A program made the position numbers and the translations under genes. Shown here in pieces: positions 9,076 through 19,518 of a DNA stretch of 64,000 bases (position 1 is the first letter of the stretch; each line of letters begins with the position of its first letter). Origin of the DNA: a phage. The notes beneath the pieces are model-generated. The model was not told the origin of the DNA. It did no database searches and saw nothing but the letters and a program-made list of their open reading frames with translations. The stretch lies in sequence record PQ724393.1; one strand, 5' to 3'.

Positions 9076-10795
9076 TCAGAATAGTTTTCGTCGCAATAAA
9101 CTGATTGAAGAAATGGCGCCTCAGCGTCGTGCTGAGGCGCTAGCCCAAACTCAGAACGACGAATTAGGAAATATATCAGATGTTTTATCCGATTCCCAGG
9201 CGGCGTCTGAATTGCTCTCTGAAGTGGTTGAGACAAAGTCCAATCAGATTATTAGTTCTGTAGACCGAGTAGATAAAAGCGTCCAAGATGTTGTTGCTGG
9301 GACAGAATTAACGGCTGAAGCTATATCAGAACAAACTCAACAATCTAAAGCTCTTTCGGATGCACTAAACGAAAAGATTAATAAGCTTTCTAATATGTTA
9401 GAGGCTAAATTTTCTGGTATTTCTATTCCACCGGAAGGGAGTTCATTAAAGGTTATTGAAGACTCTATTCCGGAAGAACCTAAGGCCGAAACTCCTAAAG
9501 TTCCTGCGGTTGTTGAAGATATTCTTCCGCCTGAAGATAATAAACCTGACGCTGAATTTATGCCCGAGCCTCCTAAAAATTCAGATGAAGGTAAAGAAGG
9601 TGATAAGACTTCTCTTTCTGATAAAATTGAAGCCCTTACTAAAATAACTGAAAAGGGATTTAAAGCTTCTATAGGCGTCGCTGATAGAATTTCAGGCATG
9701 CTTTTTAAGTATACCATTACCGCTGCCGCTGAAGCTGCTAAACTCGCCGCAGGTTTAGTCCTTTTAATATTTGGTATAGATGCCATTCGTGTGTACTTCC
9801 AATATTTCATGGACCAATTTGAGTCAGGGTGGAAAGAATTTAATGATAAGTTTAAAGAGTGGGGCCCGTTACTTGAAGGATTAATGACATGGGCCAAGAA
9901 TGCCGAAGCTATGTTTAGTGAAGGGAACTGGTTAGGTCTGGCTGAAGCCATTATTCGTGGTATGGTTAATCTTACTAAAAATATGGCCCAGCTTTTAATG
10001 CTCGGTATTTCTAAGTTGATTTCTGCTATTTTAAGTAAAATACCTGGTATGGGTGAGATGGCTGAAAACGTAGAGGCTTCCGCTTTAATGTCATATCAAC
10101 AAAATACTGGAGCCACTTTAGATGATGAAGACCAAACTAAAGTAGCCAAGTACCACGATAGACGTTCTGCCGAGGCTTTAGAAACAGCCGAGAAAATGAA
10201 TAAGAAGTATAAGGATAAACCCGAGCTTATAAACCAAGCAGAGAAATACGGTAATCTTACTAAAGAACAAGCTGACCAATTACGTGCAGGTGGAATTGAC
10301 ACAAGCTTCCGTGACCTCCCTGAAGAAGAACGATTAGAGTATTTCAAGAAGCGTGATAAAGCCCAAGCCGATATTATTCGTTTGACTCAAACTGCTGATA
10401 ATATAATGAAGCCTGATTCTAAAGATATCGAAAATGCTAAAGCATTTAAAGCTGATATCGAGAAACAATTGGCCGACCCTATTATGGCTAAAGGCGGAGC
10501 ACCGAAGGACCTTAATATCCAGCAATTACTTGATAAGATGAATAAATCTTTAGAGAAATTTAATGAAGCCGAAAAGCCTAAACCTGCTTCTGTAGCGGAA
10601 TCTCCTGAAAATACCCAGGTTAAAAAGGTGGATGAGCAAATGAGAGCAAAGGAAAATGCTAAATATAGTCAGCAAGCTCCAACTCAAATAAATCAGCAAA
10701 CGAATATCAAGAAAACGAGTAAGACTAGTTATAATTTACCTCCGCAGTCTTCTACTCCTGCTCCTGGTATGCGTCAAGCTACTAAAGTTAATTAG
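9059..10795 (+). CDS. 29: baseplate hub / tail-length determination protein gp29
   Basis: 578 aa (T4 590); low-complexity Ala/Glu-rich helical protein; position. Confidence 0.85.
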   Translation: MKNESNQNSFRRNKLIEEMAPQRRAEALAQTQNDELGNISDVLSDSQAASELLSEVVETKSNQIISSVDRVDKSVQDVVAGTELTAEAISEQTQQSKALSDALNEKINKLSNMLEAKFSGISIPPEGSSLKVIEDSIPEEPKAETPKVPAVVEDILPPEDNKPDAEFMPEPPKNSDEGKEGDKTSLSDKIEALTKITEKGFKASIGVADRISGMLFKYTITAAAEAAKLAAGLVLLIFGIDAIRVYFQYFMDQFESGWKEFNDKFKEWGPLLEGLMTWAKNAEAMFSEGNWLGLAEAIIRGMVNLTKNMAQLLMLGISKLISAILSKIPGMGEMAENVEASALMSYQQNTGATLDDEDQTKVAKYHDRRSAEALETAEKMNKKYKDKPELINQAEKYGNLTKEQADQLRAGGIDTSFRDLPEEERLEYFKKRDKAQADIIRLTQTADNIMKPDSKDIENAKAFKADIEKQLADPIMAKGGAPKDLNIQQLLDKMNKSLEKFNEAEKPKPASVAESPENTQVKKVDEQMRAKENAKYSQQAPTQINQQTNIKKTSKTSYNLPPQSSTPAPGMRQATKVN

Positions 10796-10803
10796 GATTA
10801 ATA

Positions 10804-11892
10804 ATGAAAGCAAAAGAACTTGACTTTGATGTAGCCTCCTTGTTTAAAGGAGGCTCAAAGACCTCCGCCGGCCAGTCTAAAGCTAAACCGGCCCAAACTA
10901 CAGTAATGGCCCAATACCCGGCAGAAAGGGCCTCTGGCAATGATACCTCCACAGATATGGTGTTAAGCGATTTATATAAAAATGGATTACTTTTTACGGC
11001 ATATAATTTTAGCTCTCGTGTATCACCTGATTTGCGTAATGACCGATCAAGTCAAATGTCTAAAAAGTTTTCAAAAGCTGCTAGTAAGCTTACCGGCAAT
11101 ACCGGAGGATTCAGCGCGGTTAAAAACTTGTTCAGTAATAACTCTAAGGGAGTTAAATTTGACAACCAAGCTTTGGCAAATATTTTACTCCCACGTTCTA
11201 AATCTGACGTAGATTCGGTGTCGCATAAATTTAATGATGTCGGTGAATCATTAATTACTAAAGGTGGTGGTACTGCTACAGGTATTTTAAGTAACATTGC
11301 AAGTACTGCTGTATTTGGTGCATTGGAATCTGTAACTAACGGGGTAATGGCTGATTCAGGTGAACAGATATACACTACCGCCCGTAGTATGTATGCAGGG
11401 CCGGATAACCGTACTAAGGTATTTACCTGGGAAATGACCCCACGAAACGCCCAAGACCTTATCCAGATTATTAAAATATATGAAATCTTCAACTATTATT
11501 CTTATGGCGAAACAGGTAATTCGGCTTTCGCAGGTGAATTAAAAGAGAAGATTGATACTTGGTATCGTTCTACGTTTAAAAAAGAAGCTATTGACAAGTT
11601 TGATGGTAAGCTATTAGGGGAAAGTATTACAAGCTTCCTTTCTAATGTTATTGTGGTAAGTAACCCGACCATTTGGTATATCCGAAACTTTGGCGATAGC
11701 AGTTCATATGATGGTCGTGAAGATATTTTTGGTCCATGCCAAATCCAGAGTATCCGTTTCGATAAAACCCCTGACGGTCAATTTAATGGATTGGCTATTG
11801 CTCCTAACTTACCATCTACGTTTAGTTTAGAAGTTACTTTCCGTGAAATTATTACTCTGAACCGTGGCTCACTTTATACGGAAGGATTCTAA
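10804..11892 (+). CDS. 48: baseplate tail-tube cap protein gp48
   Basis: 362 aa (T4 364); position. Confidence 0.85.
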   Translation: MKAKELDFDVASLFKGGSKTSAGQSKAKPAQTTVMAQYPAERASGNDTSTDMVLSDLYKNGLLFTAYNFSSRVSPDLRNDRSSQMSKKFSKAASKLTGNTGGFSAVKNLFSNNSKGVKFDNQALANILLPRSKSDVDSVSHKFNDVGESLITKGGGTATGILSNIASTAVFGALESVTNGVMADSGEQIYTTARSMYAGPDNRTKVFTWEMTPRNAQDLIQIIKIYEIFNYYSYGETGNSAFAGELKEKIDTWYRSTFKKEAIDKFDGKLLGESITSFLSNVIVVSNPTIWYIRNFGDSSSYDGREDIFGPCQIQSIRFDKTPDGQFNGLAIAPNLPSTFSLEVTFREIITLNRGSLYTEGF

Positions 11893-12821
11893 TGTATACT
11901 TTACAAGAATTTCAGAACCAGGCAATTAATATTGACCTACAGAGGAATAACCTGTTTAGTGTAGTATTTGCTACAGTTCCTTCTTCTAAATCCCAAGCGC
12001 TCCTCGACCAGTTCGGTGGAGCTTTATTTAACAATATCCCATTGAATAGCGATTTGTTTGGTATTACACAAGGAGAGTTGACCCAAGGTGTTACGACATT
12101 AGTGACAGCGGGCACTCAGAAGTTGATTCGTAAGTCAGGCATAAGTAAATATCTGATTGGAGCTATGTCATCCAGGGTTGTGCAGAGCTTACTAGGAGAG
12201 TTTGAAGTAGGTACATATCTGATGGATTTTTTCAATATGGCCTATCCTACGGCAGGTCTTTTAGTCCACGCCGTTAAAATCCCGGATAATACTTTGAACT
12301 ATGAAATGGATTTGAACCACAACTCGCCTAACATCAAAATTACCGGAAGAGAATATTCTCCATTGGTATTAAGCTTCCGTATGGATTCTGAAGCTGCTAA
12401 CTACCGTGCTTTTAATGATTGGGTCAATAGTGTTCAAGACCCTATTACACAATTAAGAGCATTACCGGAGGATGTTGAAGCTGACATTCAAGTCAACCTT
12501 CATTCTCGTAATGGATTACCCCATACAGTAGTAATGCTTAACGGGTGCGTTCCTGTGGGTGTTTCATCGCCGGAATTATCTTATGACGGTGATAACCAGA
12601 TTGCTTCGTTTGATGTTACATTTGCTTATAGAAGTGTACAGACAGGCGCAGTTGGTAAACAGGCTGCTTATGAATGGTTGGAAGATAAGATTATTAAAGG
12701 CGTGGCGGGTATAAGTGAGAGCAATTCGCTGAGTTCTTCAGTGGCCAAATTAAGTAGACTTTCAGGAGCTTCTAGTGGATTAACAGGATTGGTTAATAGT
12801 AGAATATCGAGGTTGCTATAG
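11892..12821 (+). CDS. 54: baseplate tail-tube initiator gp54
   Basis: 309 aa (T4 320); position; start overlaps gene 48 stop. Confidence 0.85.
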   Translation: MYTLQEFQNQAINIDLQRNNLFSVVFATVPSSKSQALLDQFGGALFNNIPLNSDLFGITQGELTQGVTTLVTAGTQKLIRKSGISKYLIGAMSSRVVQSLLGEFEVGTYLMDFFNMAYPTAGLLVHAVKIPDNTLNYEMDLNHNSPNIKITGREYSPLVLSFRMDSEAANYRAFNDWVNSVQDPITQLRALPEDVEADIQVNLHSRNGLPHTVVMLNGCVPVGVSSPELSYDGDNQIASFDVTFAYRSVQTGAVGKQAAYEWLEDKIIKGVAGISESNSLSSSVAKLSRLSGASSGLTGLVNSRISRLL

Positions 12822-12849
12822 CAAAAAAGGAGAGCGTACGCTCTCCTTT
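12822..12849. terminator. bidirectional palindromic hairpin terminator between gene 54 and the alt cluster
   Basis: ggagagcgtacgctctcc with A-run 5' and T-run 3'. Confidence 0.55.
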
Positions 12850-12855
12850 AGGGGT

Positions 12856-13146
12856 TTACTTACGGAACGAAATGAAACCTGCTGCAGTCATTAATGGCTG
12901 CTTTTTAACAAAGACTGTAATAGAAATAGGAGCTTCAGATTCGAGTTGTCCTGTCACTACACCGTTAAAAATGTTTTCGGTTTGTTCTGGATAAGAAAAA
13001 TTCTCAACAGGTCGGATATCAAACTGTTTGTCTTCACCAAAAACTCGACGTAATTCATTACCTACGGCACTGTCAAACTCTTCAGAAGCAGGGATAACGT
13101 TTTCAACCACCAGTTCTTGACCATTAAAACGGAATGCAGATTTCAT
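12856..13146 (-). CDS. hypothetical protein (alt.-3 position)
   Basis: 96-aa ORF between gene 54 and the alt genes. Confidence 0.4.
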   Translation of the reverse strand: MKSAFRFNGQELVVENVIPASEEFDSAVGNELRRVFGEDKQFDIRPVENFSYPEQTENIFNGVVTGQLESEAPISITVFVKKQPLMTAAGFISFRK

Positions 13147-13203
13147 AATGTTCTCCTCATGTTTGTGTAAGGTAATAGTACCACATCCTTGTGGTGTTGT
13201 AAA

Positions 13204-15327
13204 CTACATTTTGAATTTATTTGATAAAGAAGAGATATCCAAAGACGCTGCAAGGATTTCCATAGCCTCGTTGCTTTCAGAAACGGATTCATTAACCAAG
13301 AATTGACTGAACCCATCCATCAGGCGAACTTCACCGGTTTCCATCAAATGGTCACCATCGTAAACAGATTCACTGAGCTCTGAAGGAGGTGTTACGGTAG
13401 CTTCCATAAGGTATTTGTGAGATACTCTATCATTCATGGCAAAAGCCGCTACTTTATCAACCTTCAACAATAATCCACGCGGAAGGATAATTTCTGCTTC
13501 TTCGGCATATTCTGTAAGGTCACCAGGAGCGATAACTTTAACTGCTTCAGCACCTCGAATAACCATACCAATTTCAGCAATTCTATCCGCAGGACCTTCA
13601 GGTGCAATTGGATTACCGAACTCGTCTTCTTCCCATTCTACCTCTTCGTCATCGACTTCACCCACATCAGATGAACTACCGCTAGCCAATTTAAACAACT
13701 CATCAGCGGAGGATAAAGAACCTTCGCCGCCAACAAAAACGGCTTGGTTGTCGAGGGCCATATAATTTTTACCAAATTCACCAAAGATGTTAGGCTTTAA
13801 TGAGGCTGACACAAAGTTCTTAAAGTAAAATGTTTTGTTATCGATATTATGGCGCAGAATTTTGTATGGCAAATCCTGACCACGATACAAAATAGTACCC
13901 TTAGGAAGTTTAATACCCTTAGTAAATGCTGAGTCTAAATCCTTAATCAATTTAATAGCCGTTGTATTGTTTTCGGATTCAGGTTTACCTAAAAGGAATA
14001 AGTTCATAGGAGCATATTCAGCCGCGCAATATTCAATAATAGCATTGCTTTCGTCTTTGGTTAGGTCCTTAGGTTTAATGAGCTCGCCTGAATAAGCATA
14101 TGCATCACTAATAGAATCGTTAACCAGTTTATAAACGGCTTCCATAGCGAAAGCAATTCGAGAGGCCTTTTCTGAAGGGGAACCCTTAAAACGGGTACTC
14201 AGGTTATTAACAATTTTCTTAATAATATCCAGACTATTGGTTGTATTGATTTGCGAAAGACCACTTAAAAGTCTATCGACTTCTGTATTAAAAAATGCCA
14301 TATTATTAGAGTAAATTTCAAACCCTTGTTTATCTCTATTAGCATAATTTAGTTTAAATTTACTATCAGTCATTAAAGCGTGTGTGAGAGCAATAGTGTA
14401 TCTAAAGTTGGCAAGGTCCTCGCTCTTAGATTTAAACTGAGAAGCCTGGCGCATTTTAGTAATAGCACCTTTTTTAAAGTTCTGGCTAATCTGTTCAATA
14501 CCTTCATTCTCAGGGCCTTCAGCCGTGTGAACCGGTACAGAAGCTTCAAACTCGTTATAAACCTGCAATTCTTTAGGGGACAAAGTTTCAGGCTCAGCAG
14601 TAGAATACTGCGCGGCTGCTGCCATACGACGGGAAATCTTAGTACGGGTAATGACAGCCTTATCAGTACGTTTCTCTTCAACTTGTGCAATAGATGCCGC
14701 TACTGCTTCGACCTTACTTACGGCCTGGCCGGTTTTCTTAGAAACATACACTTCGCCAACTTTAGACTCAACTTTAGTATAAAGATCGGCATTAATTTCA
14801 GGCATACCCTTGATATCTTCAATATTAGCACCACGACGTACTAAAAGAACGTAGGTATGTTTTCCGCTGAATTGGAACATGTCGTCAACAACTTTAAACT
14901 TACCACCGGTACGAGCCATAGCCAAACGAGCTAATACGCGCTGAACGGTAGGGCCTTTACCTTTCATTTTCTTAGTAGGGAAACGGAATAAAACCGCGTC
15001 CATTTTAAGTTTGTTTATTTGTTCATATATGGTATCGAAAATGGTGTTCAGTGTACCGAGTGGATCGGTACCCAAACCGCCCTTGAGTTCTGCCGGAGCG
15101 CCTTTAGCAGATAAACTCATTAAGATAACATGGACGTACTTATCGCCCGCCTTAACCATCTTAATAGCGTCGCCTTCAGACGCATAAGATACCATACGTG
15201 CTACTAAATTGTCATTACCAGGAGCATGTACCGCAAAAATCTGCGGTACGCCTGAGCCAGGTTTAAGATTTGTTACTGGGTAATTTTTTTTATCGCTTTT
15301 ATCAAAAACTTCGTTTAAATTTTCCAT
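13204..15327 (-). CDS. alt: Alt-like ADP-ribosyltransferase, paralogue 1
   Basis: 707 aa; N-terminal ~235 aa shared with T4 Alt and the other two paralogues; C-terminal R-S-ExE signature (LYRGQ, FVSASLKP, EAEIILPRG). Confidence 0.85.
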   Translation of the reverse strand: MENLNEVFDKSDKKNYPVTNLKPGSGVPQIFAVHAPGNDNLVARMVSYASEGDAIKMVKAGDKYVHVILMSLSAKGAPAELKGGLGTDPLGTLNTIFDTIYEQINKLKMDAVLFRFPTKKMKGKGPTVQRVLARLAMARTGGKFKVVDDMFQFSGKHTYVLLVRRGANIEDIKGMPEINADLYTKVESKVGEVYVSKKTGQAVSKVEAVAASIAQVEEKRTDKAVITRTKISRRMAAAAQYSTAEPETLSPKELQVYNEFEASVPVHTAEGPENEGIEQISQNFKKGAITKMRQASQFKSKSEDLANFRYTIALTHALMTDSKFKLNYANRDKQGFEIYSNNMAFFNTEVDRLLSGLSQINTTNSLDIIKKIVNNLSTRFKGSPSEKASRIAFAMEAVYKLVNDSISDAYAYSGELIKPKDLTKDESNAIIEYCAAEYAPMNLFLLGKPESENNTTAIKLIKDLDSAFTKGIKLPKGTILYRGQDLPYKILRHNIDNKTFYFKNFVSASLKPNIFGEFGKNYMALDNQAVFVGGEGSLSSADELFKLASGSSSDVGEVDDEEVEWEEDEFGNPIAPEGPADRIAEIGMVIRGAEAVKVIAPGDLTEYAEEAEIILPRGLLLKVDKVAAFAMNDRVSHKYLMEATVTPPSELSESVYDGDHLMETGEVRLMDGFSQFLVNESVSESNEAMEILAASLDISSLSNKFKM
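14620..15327 (-). repeat. direct repeat: conserved 5' ~700 bp of alt paralogue 1
   Basis: roughly 80% nucleotide identity to 16669-17379 by eye; approximate boundaries. Confidence 0.6.
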
Positions 15328-15330
15328 TAT

Positions 15331-17379
15331 TTACCCTTGGGTGAATTTTTCTGGGGTTTCGTCAAAATTAATACATGAAGCTAAAATAGGCATTATATCC
15401 ACCTTGGTCGATTTGACGAATGAATCAAAAGACACAGGGTTGTCGGTCTCTGTTTCTACGCCTTGGTAAACAACCAATTCACCGGTTTCCATCAATGCAT
15501 CACCATCATAGATAACCGCATTTTCTGCTAGTTGGTCTGTGGTCTGGATATCGGCTTCCAATAATTTGGTGTTGTAGTTTCCTTTATATGAGGCATCAGT
15601 AATTTTAGTAATCTTAACAGTAGTTCCGCGTGGAAGAATAACCTCTTGTTCTGTTGGAGAACCTGACAATTCACCGGGCACAATTACGTTAATAGAGTCT
15701 GCACCGGAAATTTTCCAACCGATGTTCATCATTGTATTTTCGGAACTCGTCAGCATACTTGGAAGAACAATTTCATTATCGCCTTGGAAAGATGTCCCAA
15801 CGCGATAGTCCTGATGAACTGCGGCCATTGCGACGTTTGATACCCAGCCGCCAAAGATAATCGGCTTAAGGGACGTTGATACATAGTTCCTGAAATAAAA
15901 CAATTTTGAGTGTTTGATTTTATCAAAAGTGTTAACATTTAAATATTGACCACGCCAAAGTGTAATATCAGGTGGCAATTTATGGCCAATTTCAAATGCC
16001 GCATCCATATCATTAATTACTTCAATTACATGATGGCTATCAATGAATTCTGCATCCTCTTCATAATAATCACCCAACAAATAATTATTAACATCGGTAT
16101 AATATTGGCCGCAATAAGAAGAAATAGCCTCACGCTGCTCATACTCAAATCGATTATCACTATAACTGGCTGTAAAATGCATAACACTTTCTGAAGCTTC
16201 ATTAGCAAAGTCGGCAACAGCAGCACTTATACGTTGAGCATACTCTTGTTCCCAAAGCTCTGCTGCATATTCTGCCGCATCCATATTAGGAGGGGCCTCA
16301 TTCATTTTTCTTTCGATAAATGCAGCTTTGCGAAGGTTAAGAACCTCTGCACATGATTCGGCAAAAATCTGCATCTGCTTCATACTGCCGACAGGAGCAC
16401 GTTTAAGTTCACGATGCATACGGTTAAAAATTGGGTCAGAGTCTTCGACTCGAATTTCTTCTTTCCACACACCATTTGCTCGCATAGCCGTATCTGCCGC
16501 GCGCATACGCTCCATAGTATTCGTTTCAGAAGGTTGAATAAAAATTTCTAGTTCTTCATAATCATCGATAAGTTCCGCTGTTGCTGGGGCACTAAATTTT
16601 GATGCCTCTGCATCAATCTCATTCCAACCTTCCGGAACTTCATCTCGAGGAGAATACTGGGCTGCGGCTACAGCACGCCTAGAAATCTTGGTAGTGGTAA
16701 TAACAGCCTTATCCGTACGTTTTTCTTCGACTGCCGCTATACTAGCAGATAGTGCTTCTATTTTGGTTACTGATTGGCCTGTTTTCTTGGATACATAAAC
16801 CTCACCAACTTTAGACTCAACCTTAGTGTAAAGGTCTGCATCAATTTCAGGCATACCTTTTATGTCCTCAATATTAGCTTGTTTACGAACCAGTAAAACG
16901 TATGTATGTTTGCCTGTAAATTGATACATATCATCGACAACTTTAAACTTGCCGCCAGTACGAGCCATCGCCAATCGTGCCAATACACGTTGAACAGTAG
17001 GACCCTTACCTTTCATTTTCTTGGTAGGGAACCGGAAAAGAACTGCATCCATTTTAAGTTTGTTTACTTGTTCGTATACAGTATCAAAAATGGTATTCAG
17101 CGTACCAAGTGGGTCAGAACCTAACCCGCCTTTCAGCTCGGCTGGGGTACCCTTAGCAGACAAACTCATCAAAATAACATGAACATATTTGTCGCCAGGC
17201 TTAACCATTTTAATAGCGTCTCCTTGAGACGCATAAGATACCATACGAGCCACCAGATTATCATTACCTGGTGCTTGGATAGAGAAAATCTGTGGAACAC
17301 TGGAACCCGGTTTAAGATTTGTTACTGGATAGTTTTTAGCGGAATCACTATCAAAAACCTCGTTTAAATTTTCCATCAT
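15331..17379 (-). CDS. alt: Alt-like ADP-ribosyltransferase, paralogue 2
   Basis: 682 aa; same N-terminal module; ART motifs LWRGQ, YVSTSLKP, EQEVILPRG; unrelated central region. Confidence 0.85.
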   Translation of the reverse strand: MMENLNEVFDSDSAKNYPVTNLKPGSSVPQIFSIQAPGNDNLVARMVSYASQGDAIKMVKPGDKYVHVILMSLSAKGTPAELKGGLGSDPLGTLNTIFDTVYEQVNKLKMDAVLFRFPTKKMKGKGPTVQRVLARLAMARTGGKFKVVDDMYQFTGKHTYVLLVRKQANIEDIKGMPEIDADLYTKVESKVGEVYVSKKTGQSVTKIEALSASIAAVEEKRTDKAVITTTKISRRAVAAAQYSPRDEVPEGWNEIDAEASKFSAPATAELIDDYEELEIFIQPSETNTMERMRAADTAMRANGVWKEEIRVEDSDPIFNRMHRELKRAPVGSMKQMQIFAESCAEVLNLRKAAFIERKMNEAPPNMDAAEYAAELWEQEYAQRISAAVADFANEASESVMHFTASYSDNRFEYEQREAISSYCGQYYTDVNNYLLGDYYEEDAEFIDSHHVIEVINDMDAAFEIGHKLPPDITLWRGQYLNVNTFDKIKHSKLFYFRNYVSTSLKPIIFGGWVSNVAMAAVHQDYRVGTSFQGDNEIVLPSMLTSSENTMMNIGWKISGADSINVIVPGELSGSPTEQEVILPRGTTVKITKITDASYKGNYNTKLLEADIQTTDQLAENAVIYDGDALMETGELVVYQGVETETDNPVSFDSFVKSTKVDIMPILASCINFDETPEKFTQG
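16669..17379 (-). repeat. direct repeat: conserved 5' ~700 bp of alt paralogue 2
   Basis: see 14620-15327. Confidence 0.6.
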
Positions 17380-19464
17380 TTACCCTTGGATGAATTTTTC
17401 TGGGATGTCATAGAGGTCTATGCATGAAGCCAAAAGAGGCAATACATCAAACCGTGTAGATTTAACAAATGAATCAAAAGATACAGGGCTTTCGGAAGTA
17501 TCGAAGTCATCTTGATATACGACCAACTCGCCGGTTTCCATTAGTACGTCACCATCATATACCACAGATTCTTGAAGCTCATCTGTTGTCATAACTTCAG
17601 CTTGGATGAGTTTTGTATTACTAGATGTTGTTCCATCATTATTAGAAGAATCTGTTATTTTATTAACTTTGACCATTAATCCACGCGGTAGAATAACTTC
17701 GGCTTCAGTTGCTATTCCGAGATTTCCTGGATATACGACATTAACTTTATGAGCCCCATCAATAGCCCATCCTATTTGAACTTTAACATAATCAGGATTT
17801 TCTTTATATGCTCTTATTTCATTAGGATTAATAGTTATTCCTTCTTCATTTTTATCGACTGTCAATTCATTGCGAACTTCCGGTTCTAAAAGACCAATAC
17901 CTGCGTGGGTAACACCAAAACGTCCAAAAATGATAGGAGTTAAAGAAGTAGATACAAAATTTCTGAAATAGAACACTTTATTTTTAACTAGTGCTTCGTA
18001 TATAGGAGCAGTCATACTCTGAGCACGATAAACTGTGATGCCCTCTGGTATACGGTCGCCATTTTCAAAAGCAGAATCCAAATTATTAACCGCGGATTCG
18101 ATATCTTTTTCGCTCATAACCTCATAGTTCTGAGGATTATAACGTCCTAAAAGAAGATTATTTATGTCTGTATATCCTGAACCACAATATTCTCTGATGC
18201 CGCGCTTTTGTGATGGGGTATATTTAGAGCCCTCACGAGCAATAGTAATATCGACCATAATACCGCCACCCACACCAGCAAAACTATATACACGTTTTTT
18301 AATGAACTTGGTCTTGGCGGCTTTCCACTTCGCATCGGTCAATTCATTCCAGAGGTCGTCAGGTTGGCCTTTACGAGTTTTGTTATGCCATGCCAGCCAT
18401 TCACCTTTGTATTCTTCGAAAACGGTATTAATAGCAGAGGCATATTTTTCTAGAGCTTTAACAGATGTCAAAGGTTCGTTTTTGATGGCCGTAAGAATTT
18501 TATTTTTAATTTTCTCTTGGATTTCACCTATACCGTGAAGAGGAAACATTTTATAATCGTAATGCAATTCTTCAGCCGTGCCTTCAGCCACTATATTAGC
18601 AACCTTATTTTTAGCCGCAGGAGAATTGTTATTAGTAACCATTTCCTGAGCCTCAGGGATTAATGGAACTGTTGCAGGTTTATTAAAATCTGCTGCAGTA
18701 GCTTCATATTTCTTAAACAATTCACTTTCATTACGATAAGATTCCAATGATTGGCTTGCTGCAATGGCGCGCCTAGAAATCTTAGTCTTGGTTATAACCA
18801 TTTTATCAGTGCGACGTTCTTCAACCTTAGCAATACTGCCGGCAATAGCAGTTTCTTTAGTAACCTGCACACCTTCTTTTTTGGAAATATAAACTTCACC
18901 GACATCAGAATCTACCTTAGTATACAATTCAGCATTAATTCCAGGCATACCTTTGATATCTTCGATATCAGCTTGTTTACGAACTACTAAGATGTAAGTA
19001 TGTTTACCGGTAAATTGGTACATAGCCGGAACCACTTTAAAACGTCCACCGGTTTTCTGTGCTACCAAACGTTGGATAATCCGTTGGACAATAGGTCCTT
19101 GTCCTTTCATTTTCTTGGTAGGAAAACGGAACATCACGGCATCCATACGAAGCTTTTTAACTTGGTCATAAACCACATCAAAAATAGTATTAATCGCATC
19201 TACAGGAGTAGGGCCAAGGCCACCTTTAAGTTCGGCTGGAGTACCTTTAGCCGATAAGCTCATTAAAATTACATGAGCATATTTATCGCCTAATTTAACT
19301 TGTTTGATTGCGTCGCCTTCAGAAGCATAAGAAACCATACGTGCTACTAATTGGGACTCTACGCCACCAATCTTCCAAATCTGCGGTACTTTAAGTTTAG
19401 GGTTCAAGTTTACTGTAGGCAGTGTGCCTTCGGACTCAAACACTTCATTTAATTGTTCGGTCAT
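17380..19464 (-). CDS. alt: Alt-like ADP-ribosyltransferase, paralogue 3
   Basis: 694 aa; N-terminal module about 65% identical to paralogues 1 and 2; ART motifs VYRAQ, FVSTSLTP, EAEVILPRG; C-terminal tail shared with paralogue 2. Confidence 0.85.
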   Translation of the reverse strand: MTEQLNEVFESEGTLPTVNLNPKLKVPQIWKIGGVESQLVARMVSYASEGDAIKQVKLGDKYAHVILMSLSAKGTPAELKGGLGPTPVDAINTIFDVVYDQVKKLRMDAVMFRFPTKKMKGQGPIVQRIIQRLVAQKTGGRFKVVPAMYQFTGKHTYILVVRKQADIEDIKGMPGINAELYTKVDSDVGEVYISKKEGVQVTKETAIAGSIAKVEERRTDKMVITKTKISRRAIAASQSLESYRNESELFKKYEATAADFNKPATVPLIPEAQEMVTNNNSPAAKNKVANIVAEGTAEELHYDYKMFPLHGIGEIQEKIKNKILTAIKNEPLTSVKALEKYASAINTVFEEYKGEWLAWHNKTRKGQPDDLWNELTDAKWKAAKTKFIKKRVYSFAGVGGGIMVDITIAREGSKYTPSQKRGIREYCGSGYTDINNLLLGRYNPQNYEVMSEKDIESAVNNLDSAFENGDRIPEGITVYRAQSMTAPIYEALVKNKVFYFRNFVSTSLTPIIFGRFGVTHAGIGLLEPEVRNELTVDKNEEGITINPNEIRAYKENPDYVKVQIGWAIDGAHKVNVVYPGNLGIATEAEVILPRGLMVKVNKITDSSNNDGTTSSNTKLIQAEVMTTDELQESVVYDGDVLMETGELVVYQDDFDTSESPVSFDSFVKSTRFDVLPLLASCIDLYDIPEKFIQG
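18760..19464 (-). repeat. direct repeat: conserved 5' module of alt paralogue 3 (more diverged)
   Basis: protein-level conservation of residues 1-235; approximate. Confidence 0.45.
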
Positions 19465-19486
19465 AATAATTCCTCTTTAATAACCT

Positions 19487-19494
19487 TATTTATG
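19487..19494 (-). promoter_or_regulatory. late-promoter-like box (CATAAATA) upstream of alt paralogue 3
   Basis: 7/8 match to TATAAATA, 23 nt upstream of the start. Confidence 0.35.
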
Positions 19495-19500
19495 CCAGAA

Positions 19501-19516
19501 AAGGCCCGAAGGCCTT
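19501..19516 (-). other. UUCG-tetraloop stem-loop
   Basis: aaggcccgaaggcctt; - strand RNA loop UUCG. Confidence 0.4.
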
Positions 19517-19518
19517 TA

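Noticed and set aside
9337-9951. 204-aa ORF on the - strand inside gene 29, plus many similar antisense ORFs in the track (for example 29-253, 257-511, 2586-2981, 13436-13765, 14380-14844, 44440-44676, 53205-53462)
   Set aside because: They lie antisense within well-supported conserved genes, have low-complexity composition and lack start signals; treated as spurious.
13204-19464. Alt triplet as an assembly artefact (collapsed or expanded repeat)
   Set aside because: The three copies differ substantially (about 80% nucleotide identity in the shared module and unrelated central regions) and each has an intact full-length frame, which argues against a mis-assembled duplicate; read-depth confirmation is still advisable.
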